A stretch of DNA of 64,000 nucleotides from Promethearchaeota archaeon (GCA_016839765.1 JAEOTP010000015.1:64001-128000); one strand, 5' to 3'; counted from the stretch's first letter, positions 19,637 through 30,426 are shown. Notes: generated from the letters alone by a model not told the origin. A program made the numbers and translations.

Positions 19637-19948
19637 CAGATGCAATATTTTTTTCTTCAAAAAAAAGTTGGGTTACTCCGACAATTTTCTAAATTCTACT
19701 TTTTTGTTTTGATTTAAATGGAAAGGATTGCATTTGCTAGAAACTTGATTATTATTAAAAGAAAAAATGGTATAGAGACAGAGAGAGGTCATTAAAAGTA
19801 AAAATTATTATTTTTGATGAAAAATTTCTATTTAATTTTTAAAATGCGAAATAAAAAGGTGTTAAAAGTTTTTAACTGAGGGTAACAATAATAATATTTA
19901 GCACTTCTTGATCATTTAAATTTTATATTTTAAAGGTGTGAAATCAAA

Positions 19949-21676
19949 ATGGAAATAAAAATGGAAAGTCCTTATTCGAGTAGATTCTGGAAAAAAAGTT
20001 GGGATCCTGGATTGGATGATATTGATCCTAAGGAATTTGAAACAACATATCCTGCAATGATAAGAGAAGCGTTTAAAGAGTTTCCAGACAAAATGGCTTT
20101 AGAGTTTCTAGGAGTTGAATTGACTTTTAGAGAATTAGACGAATATTCCAATCAATTTGCTAATATGCTAATAGATCATGGTTTTAAGAAAGGCGACGTC
20201 GTGGGTATAAATTTACCTAATACACCCCAATATATAATTGCTTTAGTTGGAACACTAAAAGCAGGTTGTATTATTTCGGGGGTATCACCGCTACTTTCTG
20301 CAGTTCAGATCCAATATCAAATTAATGATTTGGGATCGGGAGGAAAGCAAGTTGCATTGATAACTCTTGATGCCATCTTTGCAGGACATATTATTAAAAT
20401 TGCTAATAAAATGCCCCAATTAAAATTGGTAATTACTACTAATGTAGCAAGCTTTTTACCTAAAATTAAACAAGTTTTGGGTAAAGCTTTAGGGAAAGTT
20501 CCCAAAGGAAAGGTTACTCCTTTAGAAGGCAAAACTGTCCTTGATCTTCATAAAGATGTCTTTGGAAAATATTCTACTGATCCTGTGAATGTTGATATAA
20601 AAACTGATGACATTGGATGGATTCAATACACTGGCGGAACTACGGGGCCCCCAAAGGGTGCAGTATTAACCCATAGAAATTGTATTTCCAATATGAAAAG
20701 TATAATTGCGTGGCTTCAATGGGAACGGGGTAAAGGCATTTTATGTAGTGGTTTTCCTTACTTTCACATTGCAGGTTTAACAGTTTGTGAAAGCTCTCTT
20801 TGCGCTGGATTTGGGCAATTAGTAATTCCAAATCCAAGAGACACTGATCATATAATAAAAGTGATGAAAAAATATCACCCAACAAATTTAGTAAACGTTC
20901 CCTCATTATATCAACTGCTTATAAAGAATCCTAAATTTAGAGAAATAGACCATTCAGAGTTAGGAACTTGTATTTCAGCAGCATCTCCTTTCCCTAAGGA
21001 ATCTCAAATTAAACTAGAGAGTATTATTGGAGAGAGAAAGCTGTTAGAGCTTTATGGAATGACTGAATTATCACCTGTTGTAACAATGAACCCTTCCTTA
21101 GGTAGGAAAAAATTAGGTACTGTTGGAGTACCATTTTTGAACGTAGAACTTAAAATTGTTGACCCTGATACAGGAGAAGAAGTTGCATTAGGAGAACCTG
21201 GAGAAATATGTGTTCGCGGGCCTTTAGTGATGCGAGAGTACTATAATAAGCCTGAAGAGACTAAGAAAGCAATCGATGTTGACGGTTACATGCATACTGG
21301 TGATGTCGGATTTATGGATAAGGATGGTTTTATTAAAATCGTTGATCGTACTAAGGACATGTTAATTGTCGGTGGTTTTAAGGTTTTCTCCTCTAAAGTT
21401 GAAGATACTTTATCGAAACATCCAGCAATTGGCATGATCGCCCTTATTGGAGAGCCAAACCCTGATCGCCCTGGTTCTGAGATAGTAAATGCTCATATAC
21501 AGATTGATCCTGCATATCCTTATGATGGTGATGAAGGCAAACTAAAACAAGATATTCTAGCATTTGCCAAGGAACATTGTGCTCCGTATGAGGTGCCAAA
21601 AAAAATTCATATTTTGACAGACATTCCATTAACAGCAATAGGAAAAATTGATAAGAAAGTTCTGCGTCAACAGTAA
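19949..21676 (+). CDS. Long-chain fatty-acid--CoA ligase (paralog 1; start may be 19961)
   Basis: IQYTGGTTGPPKG, ELYGMTE, GEICVRGP, MHTGD, DRTKDM and GKIDKK ANL-family motifs. Confidence 0.93.
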   Translation: MEIKMESPYSSRFWKKSWDPGLDDIDPKEFETTYPAMIREAFKEFPDKMALEFLGVELTFRELDEYSNQFANMLIDHGFKKGDVVGINLPNTPQYIIALVGTLKAGCIISGVSPLLSAVQIQYQINDLGSGGKQVALITLDAIFAGHIIKIANKMPQLKLVITTNVASFLPKIKQVLGKALGKVPKGKVTPLEGKTVLDLHKDVFGKYSTDPVNVDIKTDDIGWIQYTGGTTGPPKGAVLTHRNCISNMKSIIAWLQWERGKGILCSGFPYFHIAGLTVCESSLCAGFGQLVIPNPRDTDHIIKVMKKYHPTNLVNVPSLYQLLIKNPKFREIDHSELGTCISAASPFPKESQIKLESIIGERKLLELYGMTELSPVVTMNPSLGRKKLGTVGVPFLNVELKIVDPDTGEEVALGEPGEICVRGPLVMREYYNKPEETKKAIDVDGYMHTGDVGFMDKDGFIKIVDRTKDMLIVGGFKVFSSKVEDTLSKHPAIGMIALIGEPNPDRPGSEIVNAHIQIDPAYPYDGDEGKLKQDILAFAKEHCAPYEVPKKIHILTDIPLTAIGKIDKKVLRQQ

Positions 21677-21853
21677 GAGCTACTAACTACTATAATATCA
21701 ATTTTTTTAAATCAAATTTTATATTTTTTTTTACTATTAAGTAAAATTTTTAATCATTTTAATAAACATTTTTAATGGAATACAGCCTAAATAATATCAA
21801 ATTAAAATTCGGAAAAATAATAATATAATCAAAAATATAAACGTGAATTTAAA

Positions 21854-23572
21854 ATGGAAAGTCCCTATACAAGTCGTTTCTGGAAAAAGAATTGGGATGA
21901 GAATCTCTCGGATTTAGATCCTAATATATTTGAGACCTCATATACTGAAGCAATTAAAGATACTATTGACAAATTCTCAGATAAAATGGCTTTTGCATAT
22001 CAAGGATTAGAAATCAGCTTTGGCGAAGTAGATACATATTCAAATCAATTTGCTAATATGTTAATTGAGAATGGTTTTAAAAGAGGAGATGTCGTTGGAA
22101 TTAATTTAGCAAATATTCCTGAATATGCTTATGCCCTTATTGGAACATTAAAGGCAGGATGCATTGTTTCAGGGGTAAGTCCATTAATGTCAGATGTACA
22201 AATGCACTATCAAATAAATGATTTAGGATCTGGAGGAAAAAATGTAGCTTTAGTAACTCTTGATGCAATTTTCGAACATAGATTAAAAAAAATAGCTGAC
22301 AAATTACCTCAACTTAAAGTTGTTATAGCCACCAGTGTTATTGGTTCATTTGATAAAGAATCACGAGAAAAAGTAAGAGCTGTTAGGGAAATACCTTATG
22401 GCGAAGTTACTCCCTTAGAAGGCAAAGTTGTTTTGGATTTTCAAGATGATGTTTTAGCGAAATATTCTTCTGATCCTCCTAATGTTGATGTTTCCCCAGA
22501 TGATATCGCATTCATTCAATATACAGGAGGAACAACCGGTCCTCCTAAAGGAGCTGTGTTAACTCACAGGAATTGTGTATCAGATTTACTTATTGTACAA
22601 AGATGGCTTAACTGGCAGAAAGGTAGGGGTGTTGCATTATCTGGTTTTCCCTTTTTTCACATTGCAGGAACTTTCTTCTTAGAAAATTGTATTTATCTAG
22701 GTTGGAGTCAAGTTTTAATTGCTAATCCTCGCGATGCATTACATATATGCAATGAAATAAAAAAATACCAACCAACTGCCTTAGTAAATGTACCATCTTT
22801 ATATCAAATTTTAATAAATTTCCGTAAATTCAAGAGATTAGATCATTCTAAGCTAGAAGTCTGTATTTCTGCTGCCTCTCCATTTCCTGTAGAATCCCAA
22901 AAAGCCTTGGAAAGTATAGTTGGTGAAAGAAAGTTATTGGAAGTTTATGGCATGACTGAATGCTCACCCTTAACAACCATGAACCCAATGTGGGGCAAAA
23001 GAAAATTAGGATCAATCGGCTTACCATTATTAAATACAGAATTAAAACTGATTAATCCTGAAACTGGTGATGAAGTACCTCTAGGAGAGGCTGGTGAAAT
23101 ATGTGTTAGAGGCCCTATGGTAATGAAAGGATATCATAATAAACCCGAAGAGACTAAAAAAGCCATTGATGAAGAAGGTTTTATGCATACTGGAGATATA
23201 GCAGTGATGGATGAAAATGGATATTTAAAAATAGTCGACCGAACAAAAGATATGATTATAGTCAGCGGTTTTAAGGTTTTTTCTGCTAAAGTAGAAGATA
23301 CTTTATCCAAACACCCTGCAATAGGCATGATTGCTTTAATTGGTGAACCTAATCCGGATCGCCCTGGTTCTGAAATTGTAAATGCCTATATTCAAGTCGA
23401 TCCAGAATATACTTATGATGAAGATGAAGAAAAATTAAAAGAAAGTATTCTCGCCTTTGCTAAGGAACATTGTGCTCCGTATGAAGTACCTAAGAAAATT
23501 CATATTAAGAAAGATCTCCCATTAACAGTAGTAGGCAAAATTGATAAGAAAATTTTAAGAGCGGAAAAGTAA
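21854..23572 (+). CDS. Long-chain fatty-acid--CoA ligase (paralog 2)
   Basis: Same ANL motifs; clear tandem paralog of 19949-21676. Confidence 0.93.
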   Translation: MESPYTSRFWKKNWDENLSDLDPNIFETSYTEAIKDTIDKFSDKMAFAYQGLEISFGEVDTYSNQFANMLIENGFKRGDVVGINLANIPEYAYALIGTLKAGCIVSGVSPLMSDVQMHYQINDLGSGGKNVALVTLDAIFEHRLKKIADKLPQLKVVIATSVIGSFDKESREKVRAVREIPYGEVTPLEGKVVLDFQDDVLAKYSSDPPNVDVSPDDIAFIQYTGGTTGPPKGAVLTHRNCVSDLLIVQRWLNWQKGRGVALSGFPFFHIAGTFFLENCIYLGWSQVLIANPRDALHICNEIKKYQPTALVNVPSLYQILINFRKFKRLDHSKLEVCISAASPFPVESQKALESIVGERKLLEVYGMTECSPLTTMNPMWGKRKLGSIGLPLLNTELKLINPETGDEVPLGEAGEICVRGPMVMKGYHNKPEETKKAIDEEGFMHTGDIAVMDENGYLKIVDRTKDMIIVSGFKVFSAKVEDTLSKHPAIGMIALIGEPNPDRPGSEIVNAYIQVDPEYTYDEDEEKLKESILAFAKEHCAPYEVPKKIHIKKDLPLTVVGKIDKKILRAEK

Positions 23573-23634
23573 AGTCTTTTCTTTTTAAAATATATTCATT
23601 TTTTTTTCTTTTTATTGATAAAAATTAAATATTT

Positions 23635-24414
23635 TTAATTCGATACTTTAAGGTTCTTTTCAACAATTTCAATTATTCTGGGAAGGATGTCTCCAATTTT
23701 TTCATGGATGACTATCTCAGCATAATCGTCCATATCAGTTTGCTGAATATTAATAATGGCTAATTTTGCCCCAGCAGATAAAGCTTTACGGGGATAAAAA
23801 GCAACTGGATATATTAAAAGACTACTTCCTAGTACAATTAAAAGATCACATGCTTCAATCATCTCATCCGCTCGCATAAGAGTCTCAGAATGTAATGGTT
23901 CTCCAAAAAAAATCGCATTAGGTTTTAATAACCCCCCACAAACTTCACAAGAAGGTGAATAAAATCCTTTTAATACTTGATTGATCATTGTAGTGATTGG
24001 ATATACTTCTTTACACCTCATACATATTGCTTCATTTACAGTTCCATGAAGTTCTACAATATTGTTTGTATGTGCTTTATGATGAAGCCCATCAATATTT
24101 TGCGTTAGTATTCCTTCTAACTTTCCTAATTTTTGAAGTTTTGTTAATGCTCTATGTCCTTTATTAGGTTTTGCCCTAAATATATTCATTCCCATCTCTA
24201 ACATGAATTTAAGATTCTTTTGAGTATCAGATACATAGGAGTGAATACTTGCAAACTCATTTGGGTCTACTTTTTCCCATAAACCAGTACCAGGGCTTCG
24301 AAAATCGGCAATTCCAGATTCAGTACTCATTCCTGCACCAGTTAAAACTACAATGTTTTTAGCAGCAATAATGAGTTGAGCAAATTTCCTAATATCTTCA
24401 TCTAAATCATTCAT
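23635..24414 (-). CDS. cobB: Sir2-family NAD-dependent protein deacylase
   Basis: GAGMSTESGIADFRS, TQNIDGLH, ELHG, two CxxC, KPN..FFGE, LGSSL and IIN motifs. Confidence 0.93.
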   Translation of the reverse strand: MNDLDEDIRKFAQLIIAAKNIVVLTGAGMSTESGIADFRSPGTGLWEKVDPNEFASIHSYVSDTQKNLKFMLEMGMNIFRAKPNKGHRALTKLQKLGKLEGILTQNIDGLHHKAHTNNIVELHGTVNEAICMRCKEVYPITTMINQVLKGFYSPSCEVCGGLLKPNAIFFGEPLHSETLMRADEMIEACDLLIVLGSSLLIYPVAFYPRKALSAGAKLAIINIQQTDMDDYAEIVIHEKIGDILPRIIEIVEKNLKVSN

Positions 24415-24606
24415 CTATTTATTTTCCCCTAATTCATTTTAAAATTACGAAAAAAATAGAAAAAATATTTAATATTATTATTTTTATTTATTGATTATAA
24501 TATATATTATTATAATTCATCAAGTTATAACTTAATTATTATTTAAGCAATATATCTATTAGTTTTAAAGGGGAATTAAGAAAAATTTAAGAGGAATTAT
24601 TCGGAA

Positions 24607-25167
24607 ATGGTGAACGGGCAAATTTCATCGATAAAATCTTATATATATAAAATCTGTGTTGTTGGGAATGGAGGTGTAGGTAAAACTTCTTTGGTTTTAC
24701 GCTATTGTGAGAATACTTTCAAAGAGAATTATATCATGACCATTGGGTCTAATTTCTCAACTAAAACTGTTGACTTACAAGATTACCCGCAGTTCCAAGT
24801 CAAGTTACAGATTTGGGACCTCGCTGGACAGAAGCATTTCAGCTTTGTGCGCCCCCCATTTTATCGTGGAGCTACAGGGATTATTTATGTATTCGATTTG
24901 ACGCGTAGATCATCATTTTCCGATTTAATTGAATGGAAAGCTGAAGTAGAAAAAGTAGTCACTCAAAAACCTACTTTATTAATTGGAAATAAACTTGATT
25001 TAGCCAATGAAGGTAATAGAGAAGTTTCAGAACAAGAAGGAGATTCTTTAAAATCTGAAATGGGTGCAAGAAGATATTTCGAAACCAGTGCTAAACAAGG
25101 AAACTCCATTGAAGGAGTATTTAAGCTTTTAACCTTAGAAATTTTGAAAACATCTGGCAAAATTTAA
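24607..25167 (+). CDS. Rab-like small GTPase (Ras superfamily)
   Basis: G1 GNGGVGKT, G2 TIG, G3 WDLAGQ, FYRGA, G4 GNKLD, G5 ETSAK; no C-terminal Cys prenylation motif. Confidence 0.93.
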   Translation: MVNGQISSIKSYIYKICVVGNGGVGKTSLVLRYCENTFKENYIMTIGSNFSTKTVDLQDYPQFQVKLQIWDLAGQKHFSFVRPPFYRGATGIIYVFDLTRRSSFSDLIEWKAEVEKVVTQKPTLLIGNKLDLANEGNREVSEQEGDSLKSEMGARRYFETSAKQGNSIEGVFKLLTLEILKTSGKI

Positions 25168-25250
25168 TTTTTAATGTTCTATAATCATTAAATTAAAATT
25201 GAGTATTATATTTTTAAAATTAATTATTTAAATAATTTTAGGTTTATATT

Positions 25251-25967
25251 ATGTTTGGCGGAGGTCAAGTTAAATATGATCGCGCGCTTACTGTTTTTAG
25301 TCCAGAGGGGCGCTTATTCCAGGTAGAATATGCTCTAGAAGCAGTTAGGCGTGGAACTCTTGCTGTAGCTGTGAAATCTAAAGAGGGTGTGTGCCTTGCA
25401 GCTCAAATTAAGATACCATCTAATTTAATGGATGCAGATTCGATTGATAAATTATTTCAAGTTGATGAGCATATTGGAGTAGCTATTTCAGGATTACATG
25501 CCGATTCTCGAATGTTAATTAATTATGCTCGTGTACAAGCACAGTCTTTTCGTTTAACTTATGATGAGCCTGTTCGGCTTAATATGCTGGTAAAGACCTT
25601 AGCAGATATCAAGCAACAGTATACACAATTTGGAGGTATAAGACCATTCGGATGCGCTCTTTTCTTTATTGCTATTGATGCTGGAGGTACTCAGATTTAT
25701 ACAACCTCTCCAAGTGGAATTTATCGTGCATTCAAGTCCTATGCATTAGGAAGTGGAGAATCAACAGCAAGGGAATACCTCACTCAGAACTATAAGGAAG
25801 GATTAACTTTTGATGAAGTGGTAAAATTAACGCTTAATACTTTAAAGGAATCTATCGATGAAGAAGCTACAAAAGAAAATATTCGAGTAGCTTACGTTAA
25901 ATCAGAAGATAATACATTTCACATGTGCTCTAAAGAAGAGGTTGAGAAATTTTTACTCGAATTATAA
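25251..25967 (+). CDS. psmA: Proteasome alpha subunit
   Basis: YDRALTVFSPEGRLFQVEYALEAV signature, ISGLHADSR, YTQFGGIRPFG. Confidence 0.95.
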   Translation: MFGGGQVKYDRALTVFSPEGRLFQVEYALEAVRRGTLAVAVKSKEGVCLAAQIKIPSNLMDADSIDKLFQVDEHIGVAISGLHADSRMLINYARVQAQSFRLTYDEPVRLNMLVKTLADIKQQYTQFGGIRPFGCALFFIAIDAGGTQIYTTSPSGIYRAFKSYALGSGESTAREYLTQNYKEGLTFDEVVKLTLNTLKESIDEEATKENIRVAYVKSEDNTFHMCSKEEVEKFLLEL

Positions 25968-26011
25968 AAAAAAAATTTAAATTTAAGTATTTAAAAAAAT
26001 ACCTAAATATT

Positions 26012-26509
26012 CTATTCTACTGATTCCGACTGGAGATTCATAAACGACATATATACGTTATATACTGATATTATTCCAATTGTAGATTCATAAAATATTT
26101 CGTCATCGATTATTAACGTCCATTTGTAGTAGATTACTATACTTCCTTTTGAAGTATTTAAAAACCCAGTTAATGTAATACCTTGTCCAAAATAGAGGAT
26201 AGTGTCTACTAATGTAAAATTCACACCAGTAAAACCCCCTTCGATATAGGTAGAGTTTTCAATCGGATACATATTCGGTGGTAAAATTAAGCTAAAATTA
26301 ACATTATGAGTAGTAAGCGTATAAACAGATAGATTTACTTTCACATTTAATCCTGGGGCAGAGAAATTAGTATCTAAGTTTTGTAATTGAATGATAAATT
26401 CAGCAGGATCATCTGGGTAAGTCATTAGTGATTCGATGTCGAATTCATATGAAATTGATATATTTGAAGGTGGAACTACGCCTGAAATGTTCAGATTATT
26501 ATAAGCAAT
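26012..26509 (-). pseudogene. Orphan 3' fragment of UPF0182 gene (divergent second copy of the C-terminal domain)
   Basis: Reads IAYNNLNISGVVPPSNISISYEFD...YPDDPAEF...YKWTL, matching the C-terminus of 26782-29745. No native 5' part; in-frame stop just beyond the junction. Confidence 0.85.
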
Positions 26510-27234
26510 TAGGAAGCGGGGAAGCTACTGCCAGAGAATACTTAATCGCAAATTATAAGGAAAGAATGTCCTTTGAAGACCTAGTTAAATTAGCATTAAA
26601 GGCTTTAAAAGAATCTATTGATGAGGAAGCCGCTAAAGAGAATATTCGGTTAGCTTATATTAAATCAGAGGATAAAGCGTTTCATATGTGCTCGAAAGAA
26701 GAAGTTGAGCAATTCTTAACCGAATTAGAAAAAAAAGTTTAGATTTTAATTAAAGTCTTTTTTTATCTATACCTTAAGACTTTATACGTGTACATCAATT
26801 GTTCCAACCGGAGATTCAAAAAAGAGATCTCCATTAACTTTTAAAGTCCACTTATAAATGATAACTATTAGTTCCTTTGAAGAATTTAAGAATCCAGTAA
26901 GAGTAAGACCTTGTCCAAAGTAGAGAGTTGTATCTATAATAGTAAAATTAATTCCGCTATAAGCCCCCAATGTAAAGGAAGAGTTTGTAACTGAATAAGT
27001 TGGAGGTAATATTAAACTGAAATTAGCATTATGACTTGTTAAGGTGTAAACTAATAGGTTCACTGTGACATTTAATCCTGGAGCTGAAAAGTTAGTATTT
27101 AAATTTAGTAATTTGATGGTAAATTTCGCTGGATCTGTTGGGTATATCATTTCTGATTCCATGTCGAATTCATATGAAATTGATATATTTGAAGGTGGAA
27201 CTACGCCCGAAATATTCAGATTATTATAAGCAAT
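26429..27234. repeat. 81-bp near-identical direct repeat (26429-26509 and 27154-27234)
   Basis: tgattc(g/c)atgtcgaattcatatgaaattg...ttattataagcaat; 3 mismatches in 81 nt by eye. Confidence 0.9.
26505..26742 (+). pseudogene. psmA: Orphan 3' fragment of psmA (divergent second copy)
   Basis: LGSGEATAREYL...LKESIDEEAAKENIRLAY.KSED..FHMCSKEEVE aligns with the last ~73 aa of psmA. The ORF-track N-terminus is antisense UPF0182 sequence. Confidence 0.88.
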
Positions 27235-29745
27235 CTCAACATTACTACCATAACCAACATTTCTAATAAACGCTTCTACAAAACCTACTAGTTTTAATTG
27301 TTGTAGGTCTCCTGCTGTACTATAAGTGGGTATATAATAATATAGGGAACCACCGAGTGGATATAAAAGGATATTCCCGTTTCTGGCACCTGATATTAAA
27401 GTTATTTCTTGCGTTGCTTCAGAAAGATATGTCTCATTCGCAGTTTTTGGGCCAATTAGAGTTTTAACACTTGCATCATAAAATATTGCTTCGCCAAAAT
27501 GAACTCCGTGCCTAATAACATACATACCAGCAAGTACAATTGCTGAACGTCCCTTATACTCTACCAAATCCAATCCAATATACTCAATACCCTCGCCTAA
27601 ATCAGTTTCAATATAAAATAAGTCCCCGTTTACAGGTCTTTCATGGAAATCATCCTCTCTTCTCCATGTTGTTGGATTTTCAACATGATAAATATAATTA
27701 GCTTCTAATTGTAATTCAAATAAATCTTCAGGATATCTTAATTGCTTTTTTAACCAGTTAGGGGCGTCTTGCCAATTATATTTACCAATAGAGGTATAAA
27801 TCCTCCAAAGTGGATAGGTAGGATCATTAGCAGCATTCAAAACAGGGTTTTTATAGAATTCTAATTCTCCAGTTTTCACATCTATTAAGCATACACCTAG
27901 AAATCTTAAGATAGGATATTTTGCATAAGAACCTAATTTAATATGTGTATAAATCGAAACTGCATAGTACATCTCTCCCGCGGCTATATTAAAAACTAAA
28001 TAAGGATCATTATCAATTTTAAGATTTGGAAAGAGAATATTTTGTACTCGTGTTTTAACATTCCTATTATATAAATACTCATGTAATTCTTGAGTTGAAT
28101 AGGCCAATAAGCCCAAATTTATTGTTGTCCAAAAACCCTCTAACCCTGTAAGTGTTCCATCAGGCTCTCCTGTGTAAACAAAATCATTATTTTCTATTCC
28201 TTTGGACCATTCAGTTCCTAATAAAATGTTAGAGTCATAAGCTCCTAAGGCACCCTCTTCATAATAACCTTGAGTTTTTTCTAAAAATATTTTACTCTCG
28301 CTCTCACCAAAAAATATTGGATAATTCTCTGTTATATTGAAAGTGGTATAGACGTTCACTAAATCACCCGAAAAGGTATCCATCGCTAAAAATCCTTCAA
28401 CATGATCATATAATTCTGTATTTGTTTGTACTGGATCTCCTGTTATTTGAGAAAACCTGACTGTTTTAGGGGATACCCAATATTCAGTACCATTAATGTA
28501 TATAATATCAGAATCTGCTAACCCCTCAAAAGTAGACCCTATTGAAGCAGCTAAATAATCTACTGCAAAGTCTTGGTCAAATTGCCTGATCTTTGTTCTA
28601 ATCGTTGCATCATCAGTTATTGTAGATTCTGTGAAATTTTCAATTGGACGCTCTTCAAATATACTTAATCCCGCACATTCTCTTGTCCAATCTATCTCTC
28701 TACTAATTTTTTTATTCCACTGTTGTTCAATCCAAACATCAGTGTTATTTAAAGTTAATGCTGGTCCAACACTTATTAGTAAAGGAACGATTATAAAGAT
28801 TACAATTACGGCACCAATGACCATAATTTTTTTCCTTTTTTGCCTTGAAAGAATATAATTTTTAGTATCTTTAGAATATTTTCTTTTTCCATATATATAA
28901 AAAAGGATACCCAAAATATTTAGAACTATAAACGCAAACAAGACAGACCAAGATTGAATAAGATTTATTCCATCTAATGCTTGTGTTGGCAAGATAAAAA
29001 ACCAAATTCCAAAAAGCAAACCGATAATTATTAATGCATTTGCTAAAATGTAGAAGTCATTTCTACGAAGATAAAAATTTTTAACAATATTAAGACCTAT
29101 TCGAAAGATTAGAACACAAAATATAAAAATAATGATTGGAACGAGTAGTTTCCCATAGGTAAATATGGTTAAAAAATCTTTATTGGTTTCATTGAAAATT
29201 ACATTAAAAGCATCAAATATAATAGTGGGAGATAACTGTATTTCTCCATTTTCAATTAAATATGCTGTCCACGCAAAAGACTGATCACCAATATTAAGGG
29301 TAAAACCTAATAAGTAGAAAATTACAAATCCAACAGTCCACCAAAAAGCAAGCGACTTGATATAAGAAGGTTTACCAAATCGTAAGCGCGTACCAATTAC
29401 AGTAAGTAAAATTCTATCTGGAGGCAAACTCATTATAACACAACCAGTTAAAGCTCCAATCAAAGCTGTTTTATTGAAAAAGAAATTTGAAGACCAAAAA
29501 TTTAGAAAATGTATATCAACGAAATTGGCATTCGCCTTATTTCCATATAATTGAATTTGAAGATTTATTGGACCAATCCAAGCCGGCCAAAACCAGAAAA
29601 TAGTTAAAGCTATTAAAATTCCTACAATTAAGAGAGAAGCTATTAATATTTTTTTTATTTTTGGTTTTTTTTTGAAGGGGCGATACTTAAATCTAATATG
29701 ATTATCATCAAAATTATCTTCTAAACGTGAGGGAAAAAATCCCAT
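26782..29745 (-). CDS. UPF0182 (COG1615) family membrane protein
   Basis: About 8 N-terminal TM segments, then RNV..RV..I.P.L..D.DPYLV and QLRYPEDLF..Q.....YHV.NP family pattern. Confidence 0.85.
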   Translation of the reverse strand: MGFFPSRLEDNFDDNHIRFKYRPFKKKPKIKKILIASLLIVGILIALTIFWFWPAWIGPINLQIQLYGNKANANFVDIHFLNFWSSNFFFNKTALIGALTGCVIMSLPPDRILLTVIGTRLRFGKPSYIKSLAFWWTVGFVIFYLLGFTLNIGDQSFAWTAYLIENGEIQLSPTIIFDAFNVIFNETNKDFLTIFTYGKLLVPIIIFIFCVLIFRIGLNIVKNFYLRRNDFYILANALIIIGLLFGIWFFILPTQALDGINLIQSWSVLFAFIVLNILGILFYIYGKRKYSKDTKNYILSRQKRKKIMVIGAVIVIFIIVPLLISVGPALTLNNTDVWIEQQWNKKISREIDWTRECAGLSIFEERPIENFTESTITDDATIRTKIRQFDQDFAVDYLAASIGSTFEGLADSDIIYINGTEYWVSPKTVRFSQITGDPVQTNTELYDHVEGFLAMDTFSGDLVNVYTTFNITENYPIFFGESESKIFLEKTQGYYEEGALGAYDSNILLGTEWSKGIENNDFVYTGEPDGTLTGLEGFWTTINLGLLAYSTQELHEYLYNRNVKTRVQNILFPNLKIDNDPYLVFNIAAGEMYYAVSIYTHIKLGSYAKYPILRFLGVCLIDVKTGELEFYKNPVLNAANDPTYPLWRIYTSIGKYNWQDAPNWLKKQLRYPEDLFELQLEANYIYHVENPTTWRREDDFHERPVNGDLFYIETDLGEGIEYIGLDLVEYKGRSAIVLAGMYVIRHGVHFGEAIFYDASVKTLIGPKTANETYLSEATQEITLISGARNGNILLYPLGGSLYYYIPTYSTAGDLQQLKLVGFVEAFIRNVGYGSNVEIAYNNLNISGVVPPSNISISYEFDMESEMIYPTDPAKFTIKLLNLNTNFSAPGLNVTVNLLVYTLTSHNANFSLILPPTYSVTNSSFTLGAYSGINFTIIDTTLYFGQGLTLTGFLNSSKELIVIIYKWTLKVNGDLFFESPVGTIDVHV

Positions 29746-29878
29746 AATATCACCAAATAGTTAGTACTTTATTACTTAAAATTAAAAATATAAATTTATT
29801 TTAGATTATAAAATGCTTTAATAATTAAGATAATTACCATTATTAAGGATTTTTGTTATAAGAAATGAAGTGAATTAA

Positions 29879-30274
29879 ATGGGGAAAAAAAAGAAAATTC
29901 GCGAGGAATTTGACGAAATCTTTAAGAGTGGCAACGAAAAGGCTATCAAAAAAATGTTAGACAAATTTCCGTGGTTACTCGATGAAGTATCTACTGAAAT
30001 GAACAAATTAATGGAAGATCAACACCAAGTCATTTCTGCTTTAGGTGTAATGGAAGATGAGCTTGGTGGTTCGGTCCCTATTGATGAAATCGTATTTTCT
30101 CTAAGAGTTGATTTTGATATTCGTATGTCTGAAGAAAATGTATTGAAAATTTTAACTGAAATTGAAGAGCTTGGATTAGTAAAAAAAGATGTAAATGGTT
30201 GGTTATTAACAAATGAGGGAGGAAAAATTTGCGATGATTATCTTAATAAAAATATTCATAAATTAGAGCTCTAA
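29879..30274 (+). CDS. Hypothetical protein with C-terminal winged helix
   Basis: V..IL..IEELGLVKK..NGWLLT.EG..I wHTH-like ending. Confidence 0.75.
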   Translation: MGKKKKIREEFDEIFKSGNEKAIKKMLDKFPWLLDEVSTEMNKLMEDQHQVISALGVMEDELGGSVPIDEIVFSLRVDFDIRMSEENVLKILTEIEELGLVKKDVNGWLLTNEGGKICDDYLNKNIHKLEL

Positions 30275-30426
30275 TGAAATTTGATATTTTCCTTAAGAAG
30301 AATAAATATAAATCTAATTTTAAAATGAGTTTTTAAATGGGTATTGAATTATATTATTTAATTTGGATATAATAATTATTTTATGAGAATTTTGCGATAT
30401 TCTTTTCAAACAGATTTTTAAATTTG

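Noticed and set aside
17562-19948. Shared DNA-damage box upstream of the MGRT/polB2 unit and the inactive radA
   Set aside because: Only weak pyrimidine-rich similarity; no convincing common motif by eye.
26428-26742. 104-aa ORF as a genuine second proteasome subunit
   Set aside because: Its first ~26 codons are the antisense of the UPF0182 fragment; only the psmA tail is homologous and most of the fold is missing.
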